A stretch of DNA of 62,790 nt, filler included, from Sphacelaria rigidula (lineage: Eukaryota), in NCBI GenBank assembly GCA_964200075.2. It is 8 parts of 8 records of this genome, joined end to end, with 100 filler letters (N's around TTAATTAATTAA, not from the genome) between each part and the next. Parts side by side here need not be neighbours in the genome. Positions count along the whole stretch, not along the records: positions 39,309 to 47,069 come from CAXNAA020013540.1; positions 47,170 to 54,930 come from CAXNAA020013541.1; positions 55,031 to 62,790 come from CAXNAA020013542.1; 5 more parts are not named here. One strand, given 5' to 3'. A program made the position numbers and the translations under genes. Positions 45,949-60,540 of the stretch are shown piece after piece. Under the pieces are notes generated by a model, which saw only the letters and a list, made by a program, of their open reading frames with translations, was not told the origin of the DNA and searched no databases. Within the stretch, counting starts at the first letter, position 1. Every line of letters starts with the position of its first letter.

Positions 45949-47169
45949 TTTACCGAGGAAGCCGCTTGCGTGGGGGCGTGGTTTAGTCACTGTGGTTGTG
46001 GAGGCGGTATCTCGTTATTTTGAGGTGCAGTGCATTTTTTCAGGTTCTCAAGTGCCGATAGGCCTTCATTCCTTCTGCGATCGCAGAACAAGCAGAAAAA
46101 GCAGAGTACCGTTTCTTTGCGCAGAAAAACGGCCGTGAGAAAGAGGAGCAGGAGGACAACAATAAGTCGCAGAGTTTTAGAAAATAGAGCAAATGCGATC
46201 GCAGAAAAAGCGCAATACCGTTTTCTTTTGTGCAGAAAAAAGTCCGTGAGATAAAAGAGCATGAAAACCGAATTATGTCGCTGATTTGTGGAAATACAGC
46301 AGACGTTTCACGTCAGCAGTTGAGCCAGGCTGGTACCTTGGGAAGCCCCGATCAAAAGTCAAGTCAAAACAGGGCTTCCCACGTGGTCCCCCACCGTTTT
46401 ACTAGCCTAGCTTAACTTTTCCTCCTTTTCGGCATTGTCTCAACCGCTGGCGGGTCAGTTTTCGTGCAAAAGCAAGGGCGGAAAAAGGGGGAGGGGGGCG
46501 CAGAAAACAGGGAATAGCGCAGAAAAAGCGTAGAAAAAAGAAAAAAAAACAGGATTTTTTCTTTTTTAAGTGCAGAAAACACTAAAAAAAAAGAAGCAGG
46601 GGTCATGGCCAAACTGCCGACTCCCTTGCCCTTTCCGAATTGTGAATATCACATTCTCGTCGGGGTCAGCAAAACTGTTTACCCGTGGCTCCTTCATTGT
46701 TTTCAACAATAATGAGGCTGAAATTATTATCTCCCAGATTCTTGACATATTTCGCTCTGTTGTGAGGGTGGGGTCTATGTCATCGGCGTTCTCCTGTCAA
46801 GGTGTGTCATACCCCGTACATGTTACACCCTGTACCCGTTATGCCCTGTGCGTGATTATTCCATCTTGGGAACGATCGCCGCATGCTTCTCATCCTATCT
46901 TCTCTCTGTTGATGACACTTCCTACGATAGCCCCCCCCAAAAGTGCATGGTTCTGGGAGGCAAAATATTCACGTAAATCGAAATAGGAATGACGGAGCAC
47001 AACGAGAAGTTGGGAATTGCCACGCTTGGGTTCGTTCTAGCCAATGTCGCCAATATGGGGCGCTTCATGNNNNNNNNNNNNNNNNNNNNNNNNNNNNNNN
47101 NNNNNNNNNNNNNTTAATTAATTAANNNNNNNNNNNNNNNNNNNNNNNNNNNNNNNNNNNNNNNNNNNN

Positions 47170-47640
47170 GTACGGGATACCCCGGTGAATACCGGGGGTA
47201 CGCTCGGTACGGTACCTTACCTACGGTGCCTGTGAAAACTTCGACTACCCAACTTGCAACCAGATCTGAAACGCTTCGCACTGCCAAATGGTAGTTTTGA
47301 ATTCGGTGAAGAGGGTAAGGCAGGTACCCGGTACCGGTATTCGGGACATCTCATACCCTACCTATACCGACCCAATCCGCTATTTCCAGATGTCATACCT
47401 ACGATACCTACGATACCAGGGTATTTCGAGATCCCCATACCTATCGTACCCGCCCAACCCGATATTTTCACATGTCATATCTACAATACGATACCACGGT
47501 ATTTCGAGATCCCAATACCAACGATACCCGTTCAATCCGGTATTTTCAACTGTCATACCTATGATACCTACGCATACCACGGTATGGGATACCCCGGTAA
47601 ATACCGGGGGTACGCTCGGTACGGTACCTTACCTACGGTG
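47170..47640 (+). repeat. ATACC-rich repeat element, partly duplicated
   Basis: GGGATACCCCGGT(G/A)AATACCGGGG..CGCTCGGTACGGTACCTTACCTACGGTG at ~47174 and ~47586, with internal ~85-bp units containing GTATTTCGAGATCCC. Confidence 0.7.
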
Positions 47641-50299
47641 CGTGTGGATTACTCATATTCGGTTACATCGATACCTCTTCAAAATCACAAGGAATGTCAT
47701 TTGCTTGCTCTATGGTTGGGTGTGGTGTGGCGGTGCATGCTACCGTGGCGCTGAACTTGCGCTTACATCGCGTGCGTATTATCACGACGTATGCACACTT
47801 TTTTTCAACCCATGTATCAGATCATACGAGTTTCACATATGCTAGTCTCACACTAATTATGGTTCAAGTTGAGCGTGCGACGGTTGTGACGTTCATGCAA
47901 ACGTCACGAACGTGTAATGTAATGTGTAACGTTTATTGTCACATGTAAGGTATTAAAAACGTTACACGTTACAATAAGCGTTTCAAAATACGTTGATGTG
48001 ACGTATAAAAAAATTGTTGATCGTACCGCGACTCGTTTAGGCGCCGTGCTTGTCTTTCGAGGATTATTTTTTTACACGGAATGGCGCGAAAGCACGGCAC
48101 GGGTGTAATTCGCGCGCAAAAGACATGGCACGGGCACGTCGCACCTCAACTCCCACCGGCGGGGTATTGCCATCTTCTGTTTTTAGAGCTGACGTCACAT
48201 TAGCTCAATTCCTTGAAAACATTGATTCTTTCTTTCCGAACCGTGGTCACGGGGTGCAAGGAGCCTAACAACCATGACCATAAAACCAAGAGTTGACAGG
48301 GGATGCCTTCACACTAAAAGGGTACAGCAAAAGAACGAGCCCGCAAAAACCGATCGAACAACAAGGAACACACTGCAAGCTGACAAATTACCGGCGTGCG
48401 ATCTAGACGACCAAACTACCACCTACTGCTGCATATACGTGTAGAAACAGCAGACGCAGGAATCGATATGTCGCAGGCAGCGAGAACCATCCCGCAATAG
48501 ACCTAGTAATATCGGAAAAGATCCCAGGTTCAAGGAAATGAGGGAATAAATTCATCACATCCAAGCATCAAGTGACTTGGCTCAACATCAGCATCAAGTG
48601 ACTTGATCACCCCATTATTAGTTCGGTGTAACTACCCAGAGCTGATCCAAGTTCGAGAAAATCATATCTTCTTGCCCCAGAAGCAGAAAATTCGCCATGT
48701 ATAGGAAATAGTTCAAAACTAAGGCCATATAGAACTTAGGACACTCCTGATCCTCCCCAATCTTGGCCCCCAAAAAGCACCGGGAAAAAGGAGTTGATTT
48801 GACCACGTTACTGTACAGAAGACGTCACAACGCCGAAAGAACTGGAGCCCGAAATGAGAAGAAACGATGCCGCTAAAAAGTCACAGACGCTGCCGGAAGC
48901 TGACATAGATGATGTCGGATGTGACGAAGTCCGTCACATTCTGAGTGTAGGCATCTGGTTTTGGAAGGCATCACGGTAGAAGGAAGGTGGGCAAGGGGCA
49001 AAGTAAAGGAACGTGGAGACGTGAACAAGCGTGCAGGCTGGAGATTGCGCTGAGGCATGTTGAAAGCAAAACAAAAGGCTGCCACCGATGAAAGCATTGA
49101 AGGTGGGAGAGGGCAGGATGAAAATCGGACTATACATGATGGAGAGGGGGTTGAACGGGGAAAAGGAATGTGTAGTTGTGGTACTTGCCGAAAACGGTGG
49201 TTGAGTTTCCGGCTCCGCTCCTGGTAGCCGTGGGTCGGGTACCCTGTCGGGTAGGATTAGGTGTCTTCTTTTCAGGTGGAGGGTTGATTTTTGCTTGGTG
49301 GCGTCACGGGGTCGCCTCCGGGAGGGGAGGGGGCATGAGTATTGACTCGCGGTACTTTCGGAGGTATGGAGTTGTCGTTTCTCGAGGCGAACGCCTCTTT
49401 CTCCTGCCACAAGTGCCGTTGGAAATCCGATAGGAGCTCGGCACGGGTGTCGTAGAAGCAGTCGTGACACCTTCAAAATTCTGGGTCATGATCCCCCGCC
49501 GACAGGTCAAACGTTTTTTTTTTAGCAGTGGTGGCTCTGCAATCGTAGCAAGGGTGAGATGTGTCCTCGTCCGCTTTGACGAGGGTCTTTGTGCCGCCGT
49601 CGGCGTGGGCGTATACCCTGTCTTTACCGCCGTTGGGGTCGGCCCTGCGGTGGTATGGAGTACTGATCCCGATGTCCACGCCATACGCAAGGCAGAGGAA
49701 GGGGACCTGTTTCCTGGCGCCCCTCGGGACTGGCTTTGTCTCCTGGGATACAGACACGTGGGTAGTGCACACAGAGCACCTGTCGATGTTGAACGAATTG
49801 GGAGAAGGACGAAGGGACGGTTGCGGAAAGTGTAGCGAGGAAAGTACGGAAGGAAACATAGTTGTACTGTGAGCGAATGTGTGACGAACGGGTGTTGAAA
49901 GCAACGATGTCAAGTAGGTGGAAAAGTAAGGAAGTGGGATAATAGGTTGCTTTCGGTCATCAGGTTACTCCTCGATGAACTTACAGTGGGAAAACCACCA
50001 GCATGTGAGTAACTGAGGCATTCTATACAAGCAAGTACAGCATGTAGGAGTGTGTTGTATTGCGTCAATATAAAGAAGGTGGGAGGTCCCCTTCTAGCGC
50101 CCCGTTCCCCATGTGTGTTGAATCGTGTGTTGAAAATGGGTGATGTCAGCTTCTGAGTGCAAGTATACCGAACACATGCATTGAATGGGCTGGGAATAGG
50201 ACCGGTTAATACTGTATATTTTCATTGTAACTGGAGTTAAGATGGAAGTGGCTACGAGAGCGCCAGTTGTCCAGTTCATCTGGAGGTGTTGAGCCGCTT

Positions 50300-51920
50300 G
50301 TCGTTACCAAGTGTTTTATAATTTTTTTCATTATTGGGAGTTTATAACAAAGAAACATTTCATATAATTAGACTGTAGGATTGAAGCCTGCAGTCTACAG
50401 CAGCACAGGTACCACAAACTTCGTTGGTACCTAGTTGTTCTGCAGTTTTCATCTATCGAGGTCGGCGATTGGTCAGTCGAATGAGGAAAACGAAGAAATG
50501 AAGAAGTGTGACTTAGTTATGGTGGAACGCTTGATGCGGAAGTGCCGAACGCCAAACCCCAATTACCAATTGCATGAAGAGCGTTCTGAACATGATGTAG
50601 GACATACCCACTACACCTCGAAGTGATGCAGCAGATATACTACCGCCGCTACACCCGGCGGTCCGCGTTATCGTAAACCCGGCGAGCCGCCAACTCGGCA
50701 TCACTGTGCATGTTATGGGGCATCAACAAACAAAGCGGTGCCACGGCAATGTATTATATTGGAAGAGGAAGACATCTTCCGTGGACTTCACGAGTACGTG
50801 CCACCTCTCTCTTCGGTTGAATGGCTAACTTGTGGAGCAGTATGAAACAAATCGATGCCGTGGCATCAGATTTTAATCAGAGGTCATAATCAGGGAAACA
50901 TCTCGCCCGGGCATCACAAATTACGCGCTGCCTCTTTTCATCATGAATAAGGGAAGCGTGACTCTCTGATCTCAGCTAGGTGAACCATGTTTTCCATCCA
51001 AACGAGTCTGAAAACTCAGACGGCGGGAGTAGGTCACCTGTTGAGTCGGCATCTATTATATCTGAAAAAGTATACATGATCCAGATTGACTACCCTCCTC
51101 GCGACGTCTCTGATGAGAAGCGATTGGTACGGTTGCGCAGTGGCCTCCTGGGTAGTATTTGTTAGGATCGAAAACGCTACACCTGACCTATTTTCAGACC
51201 ACATACCTACGACGTCTTATTGCATCGATCCGCCTCGCTCGTCGGTCCGCGTTATCGTAAACCCGGCGAGCCGGCAACTCGGCATCACCGCGGCATCAAC
51301 AAACAAAGTGGTGCCACGGCAATGTATTATATTGAGGGGCCGTGAGGAGGAAGACATCTTACGTGGACATCACAAGTACGTGCTACTTCTCTCTTCAGGT
51401 GGATGATTGACTTGTGGAGCAGTTGGAACAAATCGATGCCGTGGCATCAGATTTCATTCAGGCCGTGTCTTGTAAAAAAAATCGACTCAAAAACATGCGG
51501 TCGAATCGAATTGGTCGCTAAGAGGCCGTGTCAGATACGTCTTTATGTTCTCAGATCGCTTCAAGTCCATTTTGTGATTAGTTGCGCGCGACGGGCATGG
51601 TCAGAAACAAAAAAGCTTAGCTTCTTCGAGCAAAACGAGCTGCGGAATGAACGAATCGGCACGTAACTTCCATGTTGCAGACAACCGTCCCAGTTGTTGT
51701 TACTGAGTATTTTTAAATTAGTGTTAATATGGGGAGTTTATAACAAAGAAATGCTTTACATAATTAGACAGCGGGTCGGTCGACGGTTGGTCAGTCGAAT
51801 GAGGAAAACGAAGAAAGAAGTGTGACTTAATTACGGTGGGACGATTGATGCGGAAGTGCCGAACGCCAAACCCCAATTGCCAATGGCATGAAGAGCGTTC
51901 TGAATATGATGTAGTGCAGA
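50300..51920 (+). repeat. Two locally duplicated blocks in A-B-B'-A' order (A ~50300-50600 / ~51690-51915; B ~50655-50875 / ~51240-51455)
   Basis: GGGAGTTTATAACAAAGAA and GTCAGTCGAATGAGGAAAACGAAGAAA each occur twice, as does GGTCCGCGTTATCGTAAACCCGGCGAGCC. Confidence 0.75.
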
Positions 51921-54662
51921 TATGTACCTAATCCGAAAAAAAATAACGTTAACCGGCGATAACAAAATACACAAGCATACTTTTCAACAAGCCACGGTGA
52001 TAATTTGCGCTCTTTGTCCCAAGGTACTGCCAGCGTTGGCATACTTGTTCCTATCTTCAGGTCCTCATGGAGAGCTAGTCTCTGCTGCTGCATACTACAG
52101 ATTAATGATTCTCGAATCGCTTAACACGTTCGAAGACATTTTCGAGCAGTACACGCATCTTAGCAGCTCAATGTGAGTGGTTGCATCTTTCACGAATATT
52201 TATGATTTTTGCAGGGGAAGTAGGTCAAACACCGTAATTTCTTCTGCCTCGGGCGGCGTTCCTGCGCGGCACCCCCCACCAGCCGGGAGGGGCGATGAAC
52301 CAGGAAAAAATCGATGTACTGGCAACTGGCGCGGCCAGTTTCGATCGAACTGAACAGAGCTGATTGTCAACAGCCCTGACTATAAGGCTATTTTTTTCGC
52401 AGGGTTACGGTGTGTTCGGTAGGGTATGAGAGAGTCTTCACAAATCTTACAGAACTGACGAGTACCGGGATGAAATTCATACTTCGAGAAGTATATATAT
52501 TCCACACCCTGGACAATATGTGGTCAAGAGATGCGATAGACGAGAAGTGTACTGCATGAAGTATAGGCCTCTTGCAACTATTGTCGGCCCACAATAGTCG
52601 TAATAGGCCTGTACTTCATGCAGTACGTTTCTCGTCTATTGCAACTATTGACCATATACTGTCCAAGGTGTGAAATATTCCATTTTCATAATAGGAACAT
52701 AGTGGAGGATCAGAGCGTAGCGGGATCTAATGGTTGTGGATCGGGACGAACTTCTACAATATGCAACTTTGAGCCAGCCGGATTGCAGTCAAGTTCGAAT
52801 CCGATTATGCATAACCGGATTTACATGATTGTTCCGGTCGACGGAGGAAAGAACGAAACAACTGTCACTCGGCTGTCATGATAATTTAGATAGATGATTT
52901 TATGGTTTGGGGGGGGCTACCGTAGAAAGAGTCGAACCTACCACGGTTCGGACGAATCATTGCCGATTCGAATAACCAAATCCACGATTTCTCAGTAGGC
53001 CTTTGCTTTTTATGTGCATTTTTTGTTTATGCGCGTTTTCCTCATTTTTTTATGTGCAAAAGTGAGCATTAGGCCGTTTCTTCCGGTTGGTTATTTCCCC
53101 TCGTTTTTTGCAAAAAATTACGAGGAAAAATACCACTAGGAAAATACAATGAGAGATGCTGACCCTGCTGACTTACGGTTCGAGACATATTTTTTTTTTG
53201 GGGGGGTGGGGGGGGGTAACAAAAGAGCGGGTGGTACCAAAAGGACGGTCGGGGGAATTCAAAGGTATGTGCAGGTCAAGGCGAGGTAAAAAGACCTGAA
53301 GACTTCGCCATACCAAGCTCCCTGTGTTTGTGTAAGAAGACGTGAAACATAGACTTCCCCCCAATCGCTGCTGGCCCAGCCCGCATTGTGTGCAAACTGA
53401 CATCTTCCATCTATACTGCCATATTCCGCATGCGGCAGTACAGACGAAAGTACTGTACTGTCTAGTGCACTCCTCCACATCAATTTTAGTGCAGCCGTTG
53501 TATATTATCGTCTCCAACCTGACATGTGCGCATGTATACTGCCGTATGCAGCAGGCAGAGCAGGCAGTATCGTACTGCTTAGTTGTGTCTGCACTGCACG
53601 TTGCCCACATCATATTTAGTGCAACCGTTGTACTATTCTGTACTGTATTGGCAAACCAACATTTCCATCCTACTAAACTGCACGTCGTCCCAATCATTTT
53701 CGGCAGTCGTTGGGTGCAGCATGGCATGTAGATCCTACTGTTCAATGCGGCAGTGCAGACAGTACAGTACCGCCTGGGGTTGTCTGTATTGCACGTTGTC
53801 CACATATCTCATGTTGCACGAATCATTTTCACTACAGCCGTACATACTACTGCTGTGTGCGAACCGACACTTACACCTCATTGCATGAGACAGCACAGAG
53901 TAGTACCCTGTTATCTCTGAGCTGGGTACTGTCTGTGCTGCAGGTTTTCGAGAGCACGATCGATGCCAAGAGATCATCAGCCCCTGACGCCATCTCGCGT
54001 GCCGGGATGGCGAGGCAAAGTTTGGTCTAGTGTATAAACGGCGCTGTGGGTGTTCGGCATTGCTGTCACGAGATATCGAAGGGCATAAACATATTCAGGG
54101 CTGGCGGGCGTTGCTAGTCTCGCCGCGTCTCGAACGAAAAATACAAGACGAGAATACACGTCGATCTCGTCTCGTATTTTTTCACAAAATACAAGCCAGA
54201 ATGGCCCATCTCGTAAAATGTCCCCCGTCTCGTATTTTTTTCTCGAGAATCTTGTGAAATAACCAACCGTAAGTAGCCATCTTGTTATTTTCGCTCGTTA
54301 TTTGCAAATAACGAGTGAAAATAACCAACCGGAATAAACGGCCTTGTGCGTCGATTTAGGCGTTTTTTGGTGAAATATACGTGACTTATGCGCCTTCTTC
54401 GCGTCCTTCTTGAGGCGGTTCCTGGAGGGTTCCTGGAGGCACCGCCCGTGGAACATACCTTCCAGAAAGAAAACAAGACGGCATGTTGAACATTTCAAGA
54501 TGTCACGATTGCTTGGAAGAAAGGCTTGCTCATTTTTTTTCCGTTTATTGATTTTGAAGGTCATAATGAAAAATAATAAAAATAAATAATGACGTATTTT
54601 TTTCGACAAAATTATATATACGGGCCTGGGCCAGCTGAGAGTGATTTTTAAATGTATTTTGG

Positions 54663-54924
54663 TGATGCTGTGGGTAATTTGAAGAGTTAGGCACTGAAAT
54701 TTTGACACAACGTTTGTACCATCACTACGCGCGACATTTCTCGAGGTGCGTTCGAAAAGAAATAAAAACAGGAAGTTAGAGCGATTTGAAGTTTTTGTCA
54801 AGACTAGAAAAATGCTCAAACACCGTGAAAAAAAACGGATGCCCCTCGGGAAATGTTGTGCGCAGTGATAATAAACATGTGTCAAAATTTCAGCGCCCAA
54901 CTCTTCGAATTACCCACAGCATCC
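54663..54924. repeat. Inverted repeat at contig end
   Basis: GATGCTGTGGGTAATTTGAAGAGTT... pairs with ...AACTCTTCGAATTACCCACAGCATC. Confidence 0.75.
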
Positions 54925-55495
54925 ACTTTTNNNNNNNNNNNNNNNNNNNNNNNNNNNNNNNNNNNNNNNNNNNNTTAATTAATTAANNNNNNNNNNNNNN
55001 NNNNNNNNNNNNNNNNNNNNNNNNNNNNNNTTTTTTTTCCGAAGAAAGATGTTTTTTTTTTCAAAACCCCGACCCCGCAAGGGTCAGGGGGCCAGGATTT
55101 GGGTGCCCCCCCCCCCCCCCCCCCCCCGTTCCCCCGTTCCCCCAGCCAGAGGCAACAACATGCGTGATGTGGCGCAGCGAGGGCAGGCAACTCAAGGACA
55201 CCATGGAATATTGATATAAGGGATAAACCACGAAGAGAGCACTACCCTCGTCAGCAACGACGGACGCCGCAAACAATCTGGTTCACTGTGCCCAGCTGTA
55301 AGAGCAGAGTACAGAAGCTACTGCGCGATACGAAACGCTGTACGTCGACAACTGGTGGGGGGCAGCACGCCACAGGGTGCCACCGATGCACGTTATAGTA
55401 GAGTATGACCGCCTGCTTCTTGAATGCGTCGTGCCGACTTCACACAAGGCCCACAAAGGCATAGTCGCGTGCTGAGGCATGCATCGATTTCTCAC

Positions 55496-55660
55496 CGACG
55501 TTTTTGTCGAACTTGACCTGAAGGGCTTCGGTGTGCCCCGTGGATCCACTGCACACCTCCTGGTAAGTAGGATCCTTCTTGTGGCCGTCTGTGTAACCGA
55601 CGGCAGTCTCTAGCACGCCGGGAACTCGTTGGTACGCCAGCTCGACGCCCCAGAAGCAAC
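55496..55660 (-). CDS. msrA: Peptide methionine sulfoxide reductase A, internal exon with active site
   Basis: CAG acceptor, then [52 protein letters not shown] (GCFW signature; PTYxEVCSGxTGHxE). The donor is GTGAGA or the nearby GTCGGT. Confidence 0.93.
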
Positions 55661-58600
55661 CTGCCCATGGAATGTACAACACGTATTCGAACACGGTATC
55701 CCAACATCGATTACGAACAGACGGTAAAGCGATCAAAAATAGGGAAGGCAATCAAGGTGTACGGTGACTATTTTGAGCCATTGAGTAAATCAGGCCGCCA
55801 TTAAAACTTGTGGCGGGAACGCCAAAATTTATCTTGGGACAACGATAGGCCGGCGGCATTGCTGTATTCGGGTGCAACGTGATGTGAATGCCACTCTGGC
55901 GTCACCTTATTTGCAACTCCTTCCTGTTCATCGTTTGTTATATTCCAACCACAATTGACGATACTGCAGCGGAATATTGGTTCAAAATTGTACCCCGAGC
56001 CAGCCCAAGGGTCACGTCCAAAATCATGGATTGCAAGGCATAGCTCATCAGGAGAATATGTCATTTTCGTTTTTATTTTCTCCTGCGTGACATCTCATTG
56101 ACGGTTTTTCAAGCTGTAGAACGTTTCCGCCATCCGAAAGTGAGGGAAATAGCGTCGAGGATTCATCAACTATACGCCTCCGTAATTCCATGCCCAAAGG
56201 GTTCTTCCTCTTCAGGCCAAGACGCGGCAAAAACGACAGATGTAATAGGCAAATGATACAGGAGGTCAAAACCCCGTTTCTCTTCATCAGGGGCTGATGA
56301 AAATAAAGGACGATATGGAAAATAACAGGGTCAAGTAGGACGCCTGCCATTTCCGATTTTTCTTCCTCTTTTTCAAGTCCTACAAATTGCAGGCTCTCCG
56401 CGAAAATCGGAGTTTCCGAGAGTTGGGAGTCAGCACGGTTCAGTGCACGCCCGAAAATCTGCGTTTGAGATCCATCCCAGTACATAATCCGCACAAGTTC
56501 GAGGTCCGTGAGTCAGTTATACAGTATATATTCCAAGCATAGACTGAGTAGGACAGTCCATGCTTCTTCACGAGTTTAGAGTCCATTTTTTTACACTACA
56601 GACTCTCGGATTGATTGTTCGCTAGAAGCGACGTCCAGACAACCGAAGAAAAGGCACTTCACGAATCGAGCTTTCACGTCGATGAATTTTTCAGGGTCGA
56701 ACGCGACGGTGGCCTCCCAAGACCTACTTCTGAATCTGGGTTTACACGTCACATATGCCTTCGCTGTTCCTGTACATGGGCGTCATCGAAGCACACTCTC
56801 GAACACTAAATGAGCCATTCTCATCACGGCCGAGGAGGGTTTCCGAATGAATGTCGACCCTCTGGAGTAATGGCTTCTGAAGGGAGGGGGGGGGGGTGGG
56901 GGGGCGTGCTCATTTGTGGTTTGCCTTAGTCGTTTGACGGTTGACCACGGATCCCTTTCGAGACGGAGCAGGAAACTTGAAAGAGGGGGTCGCTGGATAA
57001 GGCGGTCGCTCTTCGCGATAGCAGTACGAACGTCCGCTAAGGATACGGTGCATTGCACATAAAATAATTTGATTCTGAGGGATAGGGTGTGCAGCCTGCT
57101 ATCAGTTCAAACAGAAAAAATATATGTGCACCCTGGTGTACCCTCAAACTTGCGCGCACCCTTGGATGATGGCAAATATAACAAGCGGCTGGCCATTGCC
57201 GCATGACCACTTCAACCGTGGTCAACTTTTCAAAGTAATGTCTCTGCTTACTTTTGTGGGCTCTGCATACCAGGGTTGAAACGGTCGTCTACGCATCTGC
57301 GCCAGTGCGGGCTCTTGGCCTAAATCGCGCACAGGGCAGCTCTTGGTTGGGGAGGGCTATGCGCGGCTTGTTCGACATGAAAACTTTAGGCCGTAGGTTT
57401 TTCTCCGGAGGCAAATGAAGAATCTGCGGAGGTGGTCCAGGAACTCGTGCGTCAGCAAATCACAAATCGTGACTGGAAGCTCCTTACTTTTGCCGCCACT
57501 CCAGGGTGCACACAAGTTTGAGGGTGCCCCAGGTTGCTCCTATAATTCTCCCGCAGTACGATGTGTGTGTCTTTCACCTGTGGGTTGGTCAGGTTCAAGG
57601 ACTCCACCTTTGTTTTTGCGCTGTGTATCTACAGCGACCGTACCGCTAACCCTAATAGCGCCCAAGATTCTAGACAGCTTGACAGTCCCGCGTACATTTG
57701 ACGTATGATAATTGCATACTTCACATAATGTCCTTTTCATGCCTGCGGGCGCCGAATCAGACACAAATATAGAGTTCATGTTGTCGAGTATGACAAGTGT
57801 CGCAGCCGATTTTCATGGTTGAGCATGGACACTGGAGTTTTGGGGCGTCGCCTGTTTGCTGCGAAGACTCACAGCGGAGCATCCGCACAGGCTAGGGCCC
57901 ATGAAACGATTGAACATGCCATATGACATACGGTGGTGGCACGGCCGCCTCTCATGATGGTCTTCATTCGCCCAATATCTAGGTACGCGATTGTAGTATA
58001 CTCTGAACACTGTGAGCTTGGAGCCGCGTCAACTTTGGCGGGGTAAGCGCTAGCGTACCCGCATTTTTCCCGTTGGCCCATCATCTTCGAAGAGCGATTA
58101 TGTGATTGGTCGGGAAACCACTCGCCGAGGGGGATCACGTCGGCCGTTTGCGAAGCCCGCACCGGGGTTAGTGTATGCAGCTCTGCGCTCTCGCGTGAAA
58201 GTGGCTATAGGTTGGGTCGGTTGTGGTGAAGCGATTACTTGGTCTCACGGTACAACAGTACTTGAACTTTTGTCGATTGTATGGTTATCGGAATCCATCA
58301 ATCAATCAATCACTTCTATTTTTTTCTCTGTCGCAGTTGGTGTGTTTCTCTATAATAGTGTGTGCACAATTTCTGTACTGTACTCACTACGGCACTGACA
58401 TGGCTACGTGTGCGTTTGGCAACGGCCCGTCGGGCCCAGACTCTTCTGTTGCTCCGTAGGCGTTGTGTCTTTCATCAAAACGACTACTCCGCATCCCTCA
58501 AAAATAGCCAAGCCAACGAGAGGCCAGCTGCACATCTAGGCGCTTTGAGAGTAAGTCCCAAAACACCACTTGAAGCTAGGCTCGTGTTGTACTGCAAGTT

Positions 58601-59039
58601 AATCCCTTTAGCGCCCATGCGCCAGCAGGTCGCTTTTCTTTTTCCCTCTCCGCCGGGAGTTTGCATTTGTTGTTTAGGAGGAGACAACACCTCAATGCAA
58701 ACAAGAGGGCCCGGGCCCGCTAGGCCATCACCACGCACATAGCTCGTGCCCTCCGCTGATGACGACGGCGCATCACAGGGAGCTGTTCAATCTCTGATGC
58801 ATCTCGGCTGTTGTAAGCGTCAACGGCAACGCTAGATGGATGCAAAGGCGTACAGGGTGCGGCCATCTTCGCTATAAATAAGCATTGCACATAAGCTAGA
58901 CTGCGGGAAAAAACCCGACTTGGCTGCTCTGACGTGTTTGGATGCTGCGATCCTATTGGCCAACAACAAAAATACGCGAGATCATTTTAGCTCCCGAGCG
59001 TCCTGCCATGGTCTTCCTCGCCTACAGTACTGCTATCCT

Positions 59040-59180
59040 TCACAAGACTGTCAACGAGCCGCAGTAGGCCGCGGGCACTAAAGCGGTTAACTTCCGAGTA
59101 TCTTCATCTATCGGCTGGTCATGTACGCTTGAGGGTGTTTCACCTGTGAAATACGTAGTCAACGATCCGCCAGATCGGAT
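59040..59180 (-). pseudogene. Small Ty3/Gypsy reverse transcriptase fragment
   Basis: SSVHDQPIDEDTRKLTAL resembles the HQIPIxExxxxKTAF region of Gypsy RT. It is isolated and short. Confidence 0.4.
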
Positions 59181-60089
59181 ATAATGGAGACGAGAGATTC
59201 GACAGACATTACGATTACACAAAGCAGCATTATCTATATTTTGTGTACATTAGCTTGCATTCTCAAGTACTCTACTAAGCGAAGGATTGCCACGTGGCAC
59301 TCCCTCTCTGCACGTCGTGAACAGGATTCAACACCGCGTCGTTGGACTGCAGCTTCTGCATGGGTGTACGAGTACTACTTCAGTAATCATTTGAGAGTTC
59401 ACCGTTCATCTTTTGTGCGGTGCTGACTTCTATACTGTTTGTCCTCGTCGTGTTGCTGGGAGGGATGTTCACGCCGCTTTCCCAAGCGCTGAATGGCGCC
59501 GTTCACCCTTTGCCTGCGCCTCAGCGACATCTCCAGTAAAATGGCTCTGCCGTGTGCTCCCTCAAGCGCTGGGCCAACAGCGCCAACCCAGGTTAACGAA
59601 CCGCAGTTGAGGCGGCAAGTGCAGCTGGTGGTGGTATTGGGGTAACCCAGATGATGTTGGTTTCGGGTGCAACGCCCGGGCAGATTCGCAACATTTCACA
59701 CACGTCCAGGATATGACGCAGCGCAATCCTTATTTTGACAAGAGGGATTTCCCCTGTCTTGATTCTCGATACTACACTTGTCGGCTTCGAATTAAAACAT
59801 TTACACTGACCATCACCACCGCACGCCCATCTCTGATCTGCCGTTTCACAGCTCAGATATACAAAATATCAGCAGGCAACCGTTACAACGCGATACAGTA
59901 TCAATGATGAACGTTTGCACGTTCAATAGGCAACCACGCAGTACGGCTGCCATACATACAGTAGAGTACACACAGACGTCGAGATATCTACAGAACGACC
60001 AAGGAGGTTACAAGGCAAGAAGGCTCACGGCGGGTATGACACGTTCCACGTGGGTTCCCCAATGAAACCGCAAGGCTGCATCTCAACAC

Positions 60090-60540
60090 AAGAGGCACGT
60101 CCTCGGCGTTCAAAACTCAAAACCCACAAATGAGACTTCATATAAGGCAATTCCAACATGTCGTTGATGCGGCATGATAGCTAAGAAACACCAGACGAAA
60201 AGTCACACGCTTGAAATATGCATTCAACAAAGGACACCAATGCCGCGCAAGAGACGATGACTCATGGCTCAGGTATGACATCAACCACTCCCAATGCGGG
60301 TACTTGACACACCTGCGGCAAATATGCCTGTCTCCACAACAGCTGGCATGGTGGAGGGTGTTGTCTTGGTCACTATTGCGGCTACCTGTGGACTCAAGGC
60401 CATAGAATTTCCCATGAGCAAGGCTGTACTCCGTCGATATGACAACTGTCGTAACGATCATGTACTCAAATGCTCCGCCCGCCAGGAAGGCGGAGAGTTT
60501 CTTGTGCCGTTTCGACATCATCAAAACATTCTTCATCCTT
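60090..60540 (-). pseudogene. Possible highly decayed Ty1/Copia RT remnant
   Basis: Weak motifs GAFE and SLARHWCPLLNAYFKRVTF (compare QSxRxWxxxLxxxLxxxGF). No YVDD motif was seen. Confidence 0.25.

Noticed and set aside
47254-47845. Pro/Ile/Tyr-rich repetitive ORFs
   Set aside because: They derive from an ATACC-rich DNA repeat that is open in several frames, with no splice or codon support.
53173-53805. 210-aa Cys/Thr-rich ORF
   Set aside because: It arises from TACTG/TGCAC-rich low-complexity DNA and lacks regular Cys spacing.
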